Notes: generated by a model not told the origin, from the sequence alone. A stretch of 64,000 nucleotides of DNA from Gimesia aquarii (GCF_007748175.1 NZ_CP037422.1:968528-1032527); one strand, 5' to 3'. Positions 44,189-54,564 are shown, numbered from the stretch's first letter. Numbers and translations are program-made.

Positions 44189-45061
44189 ATGGAAATTGAA
44201 CAGCTACGACAATTTCTGGCTGTGGCGGAGCACCAGAACTTCACGCGTGCTGCAGAATTCATCGGCTTGTCGCAACCAGCATTGAGTCGATCTATCGCAC
44301 GGCTCGAAGAGGAACTGGGGCAACCTGTCTTTGAACGACAGACCCGAAAAGTCAAATTGACCGACTCCGGTCAGCTTCTGCTTCGCAGAGCGCAGCAGTT
44401 AATTGGCATTGTTGATGACACCATCGCTGAAATTTCTGACGATGGCGAAAGTGGTCGTATTCGGATCGCAGCCATCCCCACAATTGCTCCGTTCTACTTA
44501 CCAGAGATACTAAAGACGTTTGCCGCCGCGCATCCAGGCGCCACTGTGACCGTTCAGGAAGACACCACCGACCACCTGCTGAAACGTTGTACTCAGGGGG
44601 AAATCGATCTAGCCATCCTGGCACTACCAATCACAGTCAAATATCTGGAAATCGAACCCCTCTTTGATGAAGAACTTCAGATTGTATTGGCTCCCGATCA
44701 TCCGCTGGCAAAGAAGAAGCAGCTTCGACTCACGGATATCGAACCTTTGCCGTTTGTCTTATTGGACGAAGCGCATTGCCTGTCTGACAACATTCAGACG
44801 TTTTGCCGGCAACGATCTTTTGATCCGGTATCCGTCGAACGCACGAGTCAACTGGCAATGGTACAGGAACTGGTTTCGCTCAATCATGGAGTTTCGATGG
44901 TTCCCGCTATGGCGGTGAATTTGGATGAGAGTGATCGACGCATCTATCGCTCAATCGCCGGCAACAAGCCGACGCGTACCATCGCAATGGTCTGGAATCC
45001 CTATCGATTCCAAAGTCAATTACTGGAGAAGTTTAAAGCATTGGTGCGTAATTCAGTCTGA
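44189..45061 (+). CDS. oxyR: LysR-family regulator OxyR (hydrogen-peroxide sensor).
   Basis: LysR HTH ([33 protein letters not shown]). The redox-switch region [16 protein letters not shown] places two Cys 9 residues apart, exactly as C199/C208 in E. coli OxyR (LLEDGHCLRDQAMGFC). Confidence 0.8.
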   Translation: MEIEQLRQFLAVAEHQNFTRAAEFIGLSQPALSRSIARLEEELGQPVFERQTRKVKLTDSGQLLLRRAQQLIGIVDDTIAEISDDGESGRIRIAAIPTIAPFYLPEILKTFAAAHPGATVTVQEDTTDHLLKRCTQGEIDLAILALPITVKYLEIEPLFDEELQIVLAPDHPLAKKKQLRLTDIEPLPFVLLDEAHCLSDNIQTFCRQRSFDPVSVERTSQLAMVQELVSLNHGVSMVPAMAVNLDESDRRIYRSIAGNKPTRTIAMVWNPYRFQSQLLEKFKALVRNSV

Positions 45062-45218
45062 ACGAATCAGGCCTGATTTGACCATTTCTACTTTGAATCT
45101 AGTTCTGACTTTTAAAAAAGTTGCGTTTGGCGTAGCAAGTAATATGAACTTAATGTAAAGAACTGTTTTTGTCCGAAACCAAAGTCTCTTCATTCTGTTT
45201 CGATGGCTGGGAAGCAGA

Positions 45219-45803
45219 CTAAAAATGTGCCTCGATCCGTCGGTCGGGAAGCATCCAAATAAACGCGACTGCGATGTAAATCAGGATGGCAATTAATGGA
45301 GCATAAAAGGCAGTGACTCCACCAACTGCGTAAGCAATCAGTGACGTCATCCCTTTAAGATCGCGACCGATTACTTGTTTTAACTGCGAACTGGAACCCT
45401 CTACTCTAATAATAGAAGACTGCAGAATACGATAGGCAATCGCGGCAAATAGCAACACCACTCCGTAAATTGCTGATGGTAAAGGCGCATAATTACTTGT
45501 TCTTAACCAATTCGTTGTGAAAGGGATCAAGGACAACCAGAATAACAAATGCAGATTCGCCCAAAGAACAACACCATTGATAGACGTGGCGATTTGCAGC
45601 ATATGATGATGATTCATCCAATAAATGCCTAGATACAAAAAGCTCATCAAGTAGGTCAGAATGGAAGGCATCACCACCAACAGACCGGATACTCCAGTAT
45701 CTTGAGGAGCTTTGATGTCAAACACCATCACTGTAATGATGATTGCAATCACGCCATCACTAAATGCCTCAAGTCTTGTTTTAATCATATATTGAAAACT
45801 CAC
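45219..45803 (-). CDS. DUF1211/TMEM175-family membrane protein (putative K+ channel).
   Basis: RLEAFSDGVIAIIITVMV N-terminal signature. Six TM helices. Confidence 0.8.
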   Translation of the reverse strand: MSFQYMIKTRLEAFSDGVIAIIITVMVFDIKAPQDTGVSGLLVVMPSILTYLMSFLYLGIYWMNHHHMLQIATSINGVVLWANLHLLFWLSLIPFTTNWLRTSNYAPLPSAIYGVVLLFAAIAYRILQSSIIRVEGSSSQLKQVIGRDLKGMTSLIAYAVGGVTAFYAPLIAILIYIAVAFIWMLPDRRIEAHF

Positions 45804-45893
45804 TCTTAGAAGCGATCTGAATTCGTAACAGTCTTGCTCGATTCGGCAACTGTTATTATTGAAATGCCTTAGTTGTCAAGTTCAGCAGACTAC

Positions 45894-46256
45894 TTAAGCT
45901 ACAAATAGTTGGTGCCAATCAATGTAAATATTGTATTCAGAAATCAAGTTATTCTTGATTTTAAACACATCGCAGAACGGCACTGTTAGCAGCGAGCCAT
46001 CGAATCGTTTATATGTGACGGTTCCACGATAAACGGCTGAGTTGTTGACTGCAAAATCATCAATAATATTGTGTTTAATTGATTGAATCTGTGCATACAG
46101 ATTATCAAAGACTTCAGTAATCGCAGCATGCCCTCTGACAGGGGTTGCGTTACCCGGTTGAAGAATACAATCTTCATCAAGGAAATCGATCACATTTTTT
46201 GTGACCATAGTGTCGATCGCAGGGGAAAGCCCATCAATGAACTGATACTGCTTCAT
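45894..46256 (-). CDS. NTF2-like/SnoaL-like small protein.
   Basis: 120 aa. Alpha+beta cone-like pattern. Weak assignment. Confidence 0.4.
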   Translation of the reverse strand: MKQYQFIDGLSPAIDTMVTKNVIDFLDEDCILQPGNATPVRGHAAITEVFDNLYAQIQSIKHNIIDDFAVNNSAVYRGTVTYKRFDGSLLTVPFCDVFKIKNNLISEYNIYIDWHQLFVA

Positions 46257-46287
46257 AGTTTCTCTTTAGTACTTGAGTAATAAGTGA

Positions 46288-46986
46288 TTAAACCAAATCA
46301 AAAATCATAATCTCAGCATTAGATATCGCGGTAATGGCAAGTGTAGGTTCTTCACTGAGCGCGGCCGCGTCACTTGTATCCAACACTATGCCATTAAGCT
46401 CTATCGCACCGCGCAAGACTTGAATCCAATTGTGGCGTTCTTCAGCAAGTGGCATCGTTAAATTTTCATCTGCTGTCAGCTTGCTGAGATAAACTCTCGC
46501 GTCGGCATGAATCGTCAGAGACGATTTTTCACCAGTTGGTGAAGCCACGAGACAAAATTGGTTATTCAACTGGTGATCGGGAAACTGTTTCTGTTCATAG
46601 CTGGGGCTCAGGTCTGTCTGAGACGGAATCAACCAAATCTGGTAAAAATGGACCGGTTTTTCAGCCGACGGATTAAATTCACTGTGTTCAATACCAGTTC
46701 CGGCAGAAATACGTTGAAACTCGCCTGGCTGTAAGATTGCTCCGTTTCCCATCGAGTCTTTATGTTCTAACGCTCCTGCTAACACATAGGAAATAATCTC
46801 CATGTTTTCATGTGCATGAGTTCCAAAGCCTTGTCCGGGAGCAACTCGATCTTCGTTCATCACACGCAACGAACGGAATCCCATATGATCGGGATCGTAG
46901 TATGATGCGAACGAAAAAGTATGATAACTGTTGAGCCAACCATGATCGGCGTGACCGCGATCATGGGCTTTACGAATCGTAATCAT
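46288..46986 (-). CDS. Pirin-family (quercetinase-like) cupin protein.
   Basis: GFGTHAHENMEIISYVLAGALEHKDSMGN is the pirin N-terminal metal site (HxH...E). Confidence 0.9.
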   Translation of the reverse strand: MITIRKAHDRGHADHGWLNSYHTFSFASYYDPDHMGFRSLRVMNEDRVAPGQGFGTHAHENMEIISYVLAGALEHKDSMGNGAILQPGEFQRISAGTGIEHSEFNPSAEKPVHFYQIWLIPSQTDLSPSYEQKQFPDHQLNNQFCLVASPTGEKSSLTIHADARVYLSKLTADENLTMPLAEERHNWIQVLRGAIELNGIVLDTSDAAALSEEPTLAITAISNAEIMIFDLV

Positions 46987-47012
46987 TAATACCTATTCCT
47001 TAATGGTTGAGA

Positions 47013-48899
47013 TCAAATACCGCAGCCACAACCAGTCTCCCAAACTCGGCCATCTGCCCCCATAATTGGTTGATGCTTGTGTCGTGGAGGAGTTACGTTC
47101 GAATTGTCATAGCCCCCAAATCGAGTAACAGGTGACCAGCCGGGGCTCACTTTCGGCAATGCCGGTGCTAGCTTTCCATACTCTTTAGAGCCATGTACAA
47201 CACGTCCGCCAACAATCGTTAAAACACTTTCTAGTTCACGAATTCGATCGGGCTCCACAGTAAAATAATCATCAGATAATACAGCCAAATCTGCGAAGTA
47301 ACCTTGAGACAAGATCCCTTTCTTATCATCTTCTTTACTGAACCAGGGAGTTCCGTGTGTATAAAGTTTGAGTGCCTCTTCCCGACTGAGCCGATCACCG
47401 GGATCGTGCATTACAGTTCCGCCAACTGTCTTAGAAGTGACCATCCACCAAATACATGTCCACGGGTGATAGCTCGCGACGCGCGTCCCATCAGTTCCAG
47501 CTCCCACGGGCAATCCCATTTGCAGCATTTTTCTGATGGGTGGCTTTCGTTTCACTTCTTCGGCCCCATAGCGTCTCAGGAAATATTCACCCTGATATGC
47601 CATCCGATGTTGAATCGCGATGCCACCACCTAAAGCGGCGATTCGTTCCATATTTTTTTCAGATATTGTTTCGGCATGGTCTATAAACCAACGCAGCTTG
47701 TCGATCGGTCGGTCACGATGAACACGCTCAAAAATGTTTAGAAATCGAGTAATCGATTCGTCATAAGTAGCATGAATTCGCCAAGGCCAATTAGCATCAG
47801 CTAACTTATGGACAATCGCTTCAAGTTCGGATTCCATTGTGGGTTTCAGATTGGGTCGCGGCTGAAGGAAATTTTCGAAGTCTGCTGCAGCCCATAGTAA
47901 ATTTTCTCCTGCACCATTGACGCGTAGCTTGTCACTGCCCTCGCCCGGTTTTGTCATGCCGATCCAGCGACTGTAGTCAGCCATTTCCTGACCGGGTTTT
48001 TGTGCAAACAGACTATATGCTATTCGAACTGTCAGATCGCCATCGTCATCAAGCTGTTTGATGACTGCGTAATCATCGGGATAATTCTGACCACCACCAC
48101 CTGCATCGGAAGCACTGGTCACACCGAATCGATTTAGTTCCCGCATAAAATGACGTGATGAATTGACTTGATCTTCAAAGCTCAACTTCGGTGCGTCAGC
48201 AATTGCAGAGTAGAGTACTAGCGCATTCGGTTCGGCAACAAGCATACCCGTTGGATTTCCTGCCCTGTCGCGGGCAATCAAACCACCAGACGGGTTCGGC
48301 GTGGACTCGTCAAACCCCAGAGCTCTTAAGGCTGCTTTGTTCAGCAAAGCGGAGTCATAAAGGTGTAATAAAAAAACGGGCGTCTCTGGAGCCGCTTTGT
48401 TGATCTCTTCTAATGTTGGCATACGACCTTCGGCAAACTGCCACTCATTCCAACCACCGATCACGCGGACCCATTGAGGTGGTGGGGTATTATCTGCTTG
48501 TATCTTTAATTGCTTAAGCGCCTGCGCAATTGTCGGCACGCCATCCCAACGAAGCTCCAGATTGTAATATAAACCGCCTCGAATGACATGCAGATGAGAA
48601 TCATTCAGGCCAGGGATCACGCGCCGACCATTGAGATTAATCTTCCGAGTCGCGTTTCCCGCAAGTTTTAGTATGTTATCATTGCTACCGATTGCGGCGA
48701 CGACTCCGCCCGTAATCGCAATCGCATTCACTTCCGGATGCATTTTATCTCCGGTTGTGATTTTGCCACTATGCAGAATTAATTCCGGGTCGGCAACATC
48801 GTTGTTCTGTGTAAAAGCAAGCTGTGGCAGTCCAACACATGCTGCAGCTCCCACAGCTACAGATGTCTTCTGTAAAAAATTGCGTCGAGTTGTATTCAT
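47013..48899 (-). CDS. Tat-exported amidohydrolase-family (Amidohydro_3) metal-dependent hydrolase.
   Basis: Tat signal (TRRNFLQKTSVAVGAAAC). NDSHLHV metal-binding HxH motif. 628 aa. Confidence 0.8.
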   Translation of the reverse strand: MNTTRRNFLQKTSVAVGAAACVGLPQLAFTQNNDVADPELILHSGKITTGDKMHPEVNAIAITGGVVAAIGSNDNILKLAGNATRKINLNGRRVIPGLNDSHLHVIRGGLYYNLELRWDGVPTIAQALKQLKIQADNTPPPQWVRVIGGWNEWQFAEGRMPTLEEINKAAPETPVFLLHLYDSALLNKAALRALGFDESTPNPSGGLIARDRAGNPTGMLVAEPNALVLYSAIADAPKLSFEDQVNSSRHFMRELNRFGVTSASDAGGGGQNYPDDYAVIKQLDDDGDLTVRIAYSLFAQKPGQEMADYSRWIGMTKPGEGSDKLRVNGAGENLLWAAADFENFLQPRPNLKPTMESELEAIVHKLADANWPWRIHATYDESITRFLNIFERVHRDRPIDKLRWFIDHAETISEKNMERIAALGGGIAIQHRMAYQGEYFLRRYGAEEVKRKPPIRKMLQMGLPVGAGTDGTRVASYHPWTCIWWMVTSKTVGGTVMHDPGDRLSREEALKLYTHGTPWFSKEDDKKGILSQGYFADLAVLSDDYFTVEPDRIRELESVLTIVGGRVVHGSKEYGKLAPALPKVSPGWSPVTRFGGYDNSNVTPPRHKHQPIMGADGRVWETGCGCGI

Positions 48900-49501
48900 T
48901 GCTCTCTACTTTGTAACCAGGGTTGGAATAATCGAGTGAGGGCAGGCATCACAAGCCATGCAAGTGTAACGACAACACAGATATTGATGACTGCCATAAC
49001 TAAGATGGGGTGTAGCATGGTCAGGCGAGGCATCAGCAATCGGGACCAAATGAAAACGACTGGAAATACACCCAGCCAGGTGATAAAAGCCATCTTCCAA
49101 CGTGGCGGCTGTTTTGTGTTTTCATTACGAAAAAACGCTTCTAGTCCATGCAGTTGCCGATACACTGCTTCACCTTCTACTAAATCCGCGACTTCGGATT
49201 GCCAATTGGTAAATAGATCCGAGGCGTAAAATGCTTTCATATCTTGTTCATTGTTGAATGAACGTAGAATTCCGTACTCACGCGGGTGACAAATGGCCGT
49301 TGGACGCAGAAGGTGCGCCCCCGTCGTACCATAGTGCCTCATCGAACGCGCAACGAACCGTTTGATCGCTTCTTCAAACTCCGCTTCTTTGCCTTCGCGC
49401 ACGACTCGCGTGATTGCGCAGTGAATATCATTTTGCGATGAAGAGGATGGCGGTTTTTTGGATAGGTCATTCATATTGATGAACCTATCCTTTCTTGGCA
49501 T
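48896..49501 (-). CDS. ABM (antibiotic-biosynthesis-monooxygenase-like) domain protein with a C-terminal TM segment.
   Basis: Ferredoxin-like ABM region followed by two hydrophobic helices. Confidence 0.5.
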   Translation of the reverse strand: MPRKDRFINMNDLSKKPPSSSSQNDIHCAITRVVREGKEAEFEEAIKRFVARSMRHYGTTGAHLLRPTAICHPREYGILRSFNNEQDMKAFYASDLFTNWQSEVADLVEGEAVYRQLHGLEAFFRNENTKQPPRWKMAFITWLGVFPVVFIWSRLLMPRLTMLHPILVMAVINICVVVTLAWLVMPALTRLFQPWLQSREQ

Positions 49502-50165
49502 CCTGCAATGTAAAATAGCTGGTCATCAAATTACGATAGTTGGGAAGATGATTCGATAGTAAATTTCCGAGCCCTTCCATATCGTTTCGCCAATCCCGAT
49601 GCAATTCACAAGCAACACTAAACCAGTTCATCATTTGAGCCCCAGCGGCAGACATCCGATTCCAGGCGGCCTGTTGAACAGTGTGGTTAAACGTTCCTGA
49701 AGCATCAGTAACGACAAAAACATCGTAACCAGCTTCAATTGCTGACAAAGTCACAAATCCCACACAAACATCGGTCACGACACCGGCGATGATTAGCTGC
49801 TTTCGACCAGTTGCTTCAACCGCCTTAACAAAATCTTCATTGTCCCATGCATTGATCTGTCCCGGACGATGAATAAAGGGTGCCTCTGGGTGTCGCTCGA
49901 CTATTTCGGGAACAATCGGACCATTGGGGCCTTCATCAAAACTCGTTGTAATTACAGTTGGAAGATTGAAAAATTTTCCGATGTCGGCTAACGCGATCAC
50001 ACTATTTTTGAAGTCATCCGGAGTGAAATCCTGAACCAGCGATATCAGTCCAGACTGATGATCAACCAATAAAAGCGCAGCCTGATCTTTATCGAGTCGA
50101 TTATATTTTTGTCCCATCCTATTGCTCCTCATCAATTTGAATATGTAGTCGTTACCGTAAAGCAA
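49485..50165 (-). CDS. Isochorismatase-family cysteine hydrolase.
   Basis: AALLLVDHQSG (catalytic Asp region). VVTDVCVGFV (catalytic Cys region). Confidence 0.75.
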   Translation of the reverse strand: MLYGNDYIFKLMRSNRMGQKYNRLDKDQAALLLVDHQSGLISLVQDFTPDDFKNSVIALADIGKFFNLPTVITTSFDEGPNGPIVPEIVERHPEAPFIHRPGQINAWDNEDFVKAVEATGRKQLIIAGVVTDVCVGFVTLSAIEAGYDVFVVTDASGTFNHTVQQAAWNRMSAAGAQMMNWFSVACELHRDWRNDMEGLGNLLSNHLPNYRNLMTSYFTLQDAKKG

Positions 50166-50385
50166 CCGTTCATTGAGTCGTATCTAAAAAATCTTGTAAT
50201 AACTTACAAAACAACAATATGAAAATTCGAGCATTTCCATATAGAATAAATTTGCCTTGTTTTGATTAGATCTTGCTCTAACCTGCAAGCTACCAAGTAT
50301 CTCGAAATTTCATATATTGAGCGTGTGTTCGCAACCAATCGGAAAAATTGGTGTAGCTATCCTCTGAGTGTTAGATTACTCTGCA

Positions 50386-51348
50386 TTACCATCCATTCGC
50401 ACTTTTCGCATACTGACCTGACGTGATCCCAATAGTTTTTTTGAAATGTCGATTCATATGGGATTGATCACTGAATCCAGACTTTATAGCGATAACTGAA
50501 AGTGGCCATTCATTATTTTTATTGATTAATTGCTTCGCACGCTCGACGCGACATTGACTAACGTAAGCCATCGGAGTCATGCCCATACTTGCCTTGAATA
50601 GTCTCGCAAAGTGAAAACGGCTGCAGTTTGCGATATCTGCAAGCATGTCGAGCGAGATTGATTGTTCGAGAGACTGATCGATAAATTCTCGAACGTTAGC
50701 CAGTTTTGAGTGTGAAAGCTTATGACGTGGGGCGACGAGAGGGACATTCAAACCAGCAATTTGAAGTAATCGCCCGATAAGGATATTGATTAAACCATCT
50801 CGAATTAACTCATCACCCACACTCTTTCCGTTAATGGGATCCCAAAGTTGTTTGAGTGTTTGCACCAGTAAAGGGTCTTTGTGTTGCTGTCCATGGATTG
50901 AAGCTGTCAGGTGGGGCATGGGGCGGTTCAGTACCAATTCAATCTGTGGTTGTAACCTTGACCACGGAAGGCTGAGCGTAAGAATTTCGTACGGTCCCGG
51001 CTCAGTGAATTTGACATCCACATTGGGAGTGAATACAAGTGTGTACCCAGGATGCTCTGTAATATCAAAGCGACCAAAACCAAGATCTACTTGTTTCTTG
51101 TTGAGTGAACGGCCTTTGATTATGGTGGAGATCACTAAGTCAGAGCTTGCTGGCGGAGCACTGCATTCCTCTGACAAAAAGATATGCGACAATGCAATAT
51201 CTCCACGATCAGACAAAGACTGATCAATCAACTCGATTGACTCATTAGATTCTTTCAACCACTGAGCATGACTACGAAAACTCTGTTGTGCCTCTTTCGT
51301 ATCACTTCGAAAGCTTGTCTTTTTACTGCGTTTTTTTGCACTCCCCAT
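50386..51348 (-). CDS. AraC-family transcriptional regulator.
   Basis: C-terminal double HTH (DMLADIANCSRFHFARLFKASMGMTPMAYV ... GFSDQSHMNRHFKKTIGITSGQY). Confidence 0.85.
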   Translation of the reverse strand: MGSAKKRSKKTSFRSDTKEAQQSFRSHAQWLKESNESIELIDQSLSDRGDIALSHIFLSEECSAPPASSDLVISTIIKGRSLNKKQVDLGFGRFDITEHPGYTLVFTPNVDVKFTEPGPYEILTLSLPWSRLQPQIELVLNRPMPHLTASIHGQQHKDPLLVQTLKQLWDPINGKSVGDELIRDGLINILIGRLLQIAGLNVPLVAPRHKLSHSKLANVREFIDQSLEQSISLDMLADIANCSRFHFARLFKASMGMTPMAYVSQCRVERAKQLINKNNEWPLSVIAIKSGFSDQSHMNRHFKKTIGITSGQYAKSANGW

Positions 51349-51539
51349 CGACGCCCTCAGAAATCTCTATCTCAGTCCCGATCTGGTCGGTACTTGCAAA
51401 TGAATTTCAGCAATGAACGCAGAATTTATATACTCTCGTATAGTTTTCCCAAAATATACTCCTTTCGATTATAGGCACGTGAGTCTCGTTTCAAAGTGGG
51501 TCTTGATGGCTTTGCAATTATCACTGAAACGGATGGGAA

Positions 51540-51690
51540 CTCATCGGAAGATCACTTTTTCAGTCGGGTAAGAGTCGCTTGTCTAGAAACATTCAAACGT
51601 TTTGCCGACAGCACTCTTTTGATCCGGTTTCCGTCGAGCACATGAGTCAACTGGCGATCGTTCAGGTGCTGGTACGTAATTCAGTCTGAC
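51540..51690 (+). pseudogene. Decayed partial copy of the oxyR 3' end: about 150 bp at ~85% identity, with an internal ~170-bp deletion relative to 44769-45061. Ends with the same TCTGA stop context.
   Basis: Direct comparison: AACATTCAAACGTTTTGCCGACAGCACTCTTTTGATCCGGTTTCCGTCGAGCACATGAGTCAACTGGCGATCG...GGTACGTAATTCAGTCTGA here versus AACATTCAGACGTTTTGCCGGCAACGATCTTTTGATCCGGTATCCGTCGAACGCACGAGTCAACTGGCAATGG...GGTGCGTAATTCAGTCTGA in oxyR. Confidence 0.6.
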
Positions 51691-51740
51691 TGATTTTTTC
51701 GGTTGTCACTCAGAAACGGACGTTATGAATCATCTTTGTT

Positions 51741-52541
51741 CTACTCAATCACCTTGATTTCATCGCCGACTTTAATCTCCCCTTTAGCGGGATGTAACAA
51801 ATTCTGACCAAACATCACTCCCTGTTTCTGTTTGCGATAAGTCGCCAGGGTTTTCAGAGGCTCCCGCCCTTTCTCACCGGTCAAGGGATCGACCGTCGTC
51901 AGTACACAACGCGCACATAGTTTGACGGCCGTGAATTCGACCGCACCGATTTGGATTTGCTTCCAATCATCTTCGCAATAAGGCGTACCACCGGAGAAAA
52001 CCAGATTAGGACGGAAGCGTTCCATCGTAACCGGTTCGTCCAGCCGAGAATTTAAATCTGTCAGTGAGGACTCGCCAATAATCAAGGCAGGATAGCCATC
52101 GGCAAAGCTAACTTGTTCGTCCGTAATACTATAGTCAGGATCGACCGGGCGGTCGGCATCATCGGGCATGAAGACCAGTTCGCATGAGACGCCGATCCGT
52201 TCGGAGAACCAGTCATTGATGACTTGAGGATAAGCGAACGCCTTACAGGTATCCGCGAAAACAGTGACATCCCGCGGACTCCACTCATCGGACCGCAGGG
52301 GGACCAACAAATCGTCATCATTCACTTTTTGATTCTGCACATGAAGATGATTGCCTTTGATGCTCACAAGTAACTGTGACATGACCGGTACGGTCCGTTG
52401 AGTCAGAAACTTTCCTGCCTGATCAACGAGCATCCAACGGCGGTCATGTTTCAACCCCCGATCTGTCAATGTGGCGGACTGGGCTTGAATGCCGCCGAGT
52501 GACTTGATGGGAAAAATGTTGATCCCGGTTAGAGTGAGCAT
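51741..52541 (-). CDS. MOSC-domain protein (YcbX-like: MOSC N-terminal beta-barrel + MOSC).
   Basis: MLTLTGINIFPIKSLGG start. Conserved Cys in CARCVLTTVDP. Confidence 0.85.
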   Translation of the reverse strand: MLTLTGINIFPIKSLGGIQAQSATLTDRGLKHDRRWMLVDQAGKFLTQRTVPVMSQLLVSIKGNHLHVQNQKVNDDDLLVPLRSDEWSPRDVTVFADTCKAFAYPQVINDWFSERIGVSCELVFMPDDADRPVDPDYSITDEQVSFADGYPALIIGESSLTDLNSRLDEPVTMERFRPNLVFSGGTPYCEDDWKQIQIGAVEFTAVKLCARCVLTTVDPLTGEKGREPLKTLATYRKQKQGVMFGQNLLHPAKGEIKVGDEIKVIE

Positions 52542-52608
52542 GTTTGGAAGTTCCTCTCTTTAAAAGTTGTATGACCGAAAATCGTCAGAATTTCAGGCGT
52601 CGTAGTTT

Positions 52609-54564
52609 TTAGCGATCCTGGATTGTCGACTGCCAACGTAGATTCCGAAACTGGGGCTTGGGTCCGCGCCAGTGCTTACCTACCAAACGCGGCGCTCTGG
52701 GATCACCGCGTTTCGGCCTCAGGCGTTCGGCAGGGCTGAGTTTCAGCCGTTTGATATTCTCCCAGTTTGGCAAAGATATACCCGCATATTCCTGAAAGTG
52801 GTCTGGTGCCAAAACAACGGTCTGCCATTGATCTCCTCCATGCAGTTGCACCTCGGCAGCAAATCCATCCAGCATGACGACCAGTTTGTTCGCTTCCTCA
52901 GCCAGCACTTCCAAAGCGAGCGTTGTGTTTGGGGGAGCTTTCCAGGTCTCGTCGTAAACTTTATGAGTGGTTCGCGCCCATTCGTGGGGCTTGTAGGTGA
53001 ACCACTCCTTTTCCCAATCGTCTTGAAAACTCTCGATTAACAAAGAGGGCTTCATAGTCGCCTGAATCCTGGCAGACTGTAGTTCTTTGACGGATACTGT
53101 TTGCAGTAATGAGGAGAGGTTGAACGATTTGGTCGTGTAGGTTCCGTAGTAATAACCCGCACCAGTCACCGGGGCTTCCAGCGGATACACGACGTTTGCA
53201 TAGACCCAGAGCGGTTTCTCTGTGCTATGTAACGGAAGTTTCGCGGTCCAGCCACCTTTTATTTTCGTAGCCCGCGCGTGATGCCAGAATCTATGCATCG
53301 TTCGTTCACGATCCTCGGGGTGTTCATCGGCCTTCCCCTGTTGCGTATAAAAGATGTCAACTGAGAGAATCGGCTTTGAGGAATCAGGGTGAACGGTGAA
53401 TGTTGGCACGCCATCAGTAGAATCAAGCTTTAAAACAGTTTTCGGTGTTTGCGGGAACCCCATAGATCCCTTTAGATGTTGGTCGAACCATAACAATGAG
53501 GCCACTTCAAATTCGGCCGTATCCTGATGGTTGTGATGCGGCGAACAAGTGACGCGCCAGTCGCGGCTGGCAATCTCATCAACGGTATCTGGCAAATCAC
53601 CAATGCGTCCATGAAAATCATTTGCAGGAGACAGAAATATGATGGGGCAGGAGATTTCTTTTAAACTGACATCATCGCCGAGGGTTAATCGAAAGAGGGC
53701 ACTCTTATTATCACGATCACTGATGCCACCACAGGAAGGTGCAGCTGCTTTGACACGTGAATCGACTGATGTCATGACGGTCAGCTTCCCCCCCATCGAA
53801 TGCCCGTAGACGCCAAGCCTTTGTGGATCGACTTCGGGTTGTTGCTCCAGAAATGTCAGTGCGCGACGCGCGGCGAGTGCACACAGAAACCAGCCACTGT
53901 TGCGGGGAGATTCGACTTCATCCAACGTCCATGCGGCTGGCATCGCGCTGGGAAAGAGATTACCCTGATTCCTGCCCGGCGCGTGATAGCCATCCACGGC
54001 ACCCCAGTCAGTCGTCAGTTTATAAGCGGGGTCGTTAGTCTTACCCTCCCAGAAGAGCTTCACGACATTCGGATCGACACGATAGTCAGGTGCGGAAATC
54101 CGACCCGCCCAGGCAATCGAAAGCGTCGCATATCCTCGTTTGGCATTCAGTAGACAAGCTTTATAATCTGCGTATTGACCGCCACCATGAATTTGAAGTA
54201 ACCCGGGAATCTTCTTGCCACTCTCAACGATACTATTGGGAAAACCATATACGGCAGCCAGTTTGGCTTTCTGCCCCTTGAAGACTCCGATACGGAATCT
54301 TACTATCCGCAACACCACATCATCCTCTTCCCATTCTTTGATTGTTTCCACTTCGAGCGGTTCCACCCGTGGGTCAAAGCCAGACCACATTTCTGCAAAG
54401 TTCTGCGGAGCGCTTCCTGCTTTCAATGGTGGCAGGGTTTCCTGCTCCGCATGGCTTTTATGAAACGAGCTGAAAATAAAATGTGGGTGAGGTTCTGCGG
54501 CCTGGATTGCCGTAGAGACAATCCACAGACAAAACGATGAAAACAAAAGTTGCTTAAGCGACAC
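52609..54564 (-). CDS. Secreted alpha/beta-hydrolase (acetyl-xylan-esterase/CocE-NonD-like) with a C-terminal beta-sandwich domain.
   Basis: Signal peptide. Nucleophile elbow GVYGHSMGGKLT. 651 aa. Confidence 0.5.
   Translation of the reverse strand: MSLKQLLFSSFCLWIVSTAIQAAEPHPHFIFSSFHKSHAEQETLPPLKAGSAPQNFAEMWSGFDPRVEPLEVETIKEWEEDDVVLRIVRFRIGVFKGQKAKLAAVYGFPNSIVESGKKIPGLLQIHGGGQYADYKACLLNAKRGYATLSIAWAGRISAPDYRVDPNVVKLFWEGKTNDPAYKLTTDWGAVDGYHAPGRNQGNLFPSAMPAAWTLDEVESPRNSGWFLCALAARRALTFLEQQPEVDPQRLGVYGHSMGGKLTVMTSVDSRVKAAAPSCGGISDRDNKSALFRLTLGDDVSLKEISCPIIFLSPANDFHGRIGDLPDTVDEIASRDWRVTCSPHHNHQDTAEFEVASLLWFDQHLKGSMGFPQTPKTVLKLDSTDGVPTFTVHPDSSKPILSVDIFYTQQGKADEHPEDRERTMHRFWHHARATKIKGGWTAKLPLHSTEKPLWVYANVVYPLEAPVTGAGYYYGTYTTKSFNLSSLLQTVSVKELQSARIQATMKPSLLIESFQDDWEKEWFTYKPHEWARTTHKVYDETWKAPPNTTLALEVLAEEANKLVVMLDGFAAEVQLHGGDQWQTVVLAPDHFQEYAGISLPNWENIKRLKLSPAERLRPKRGDPRAPRLVGKHWRGPKPQFRNLRWQSTIQDR

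Noticed and set aside
45062-45218. Possible terminators in the oxyR/DUF1211 convergent gap (AATCAGGCCTGATT; CGAAAC...GTTTCG)
   Set aside because: The stems are short and there are no convincing U-tracts. They are not strong enough to annotate.
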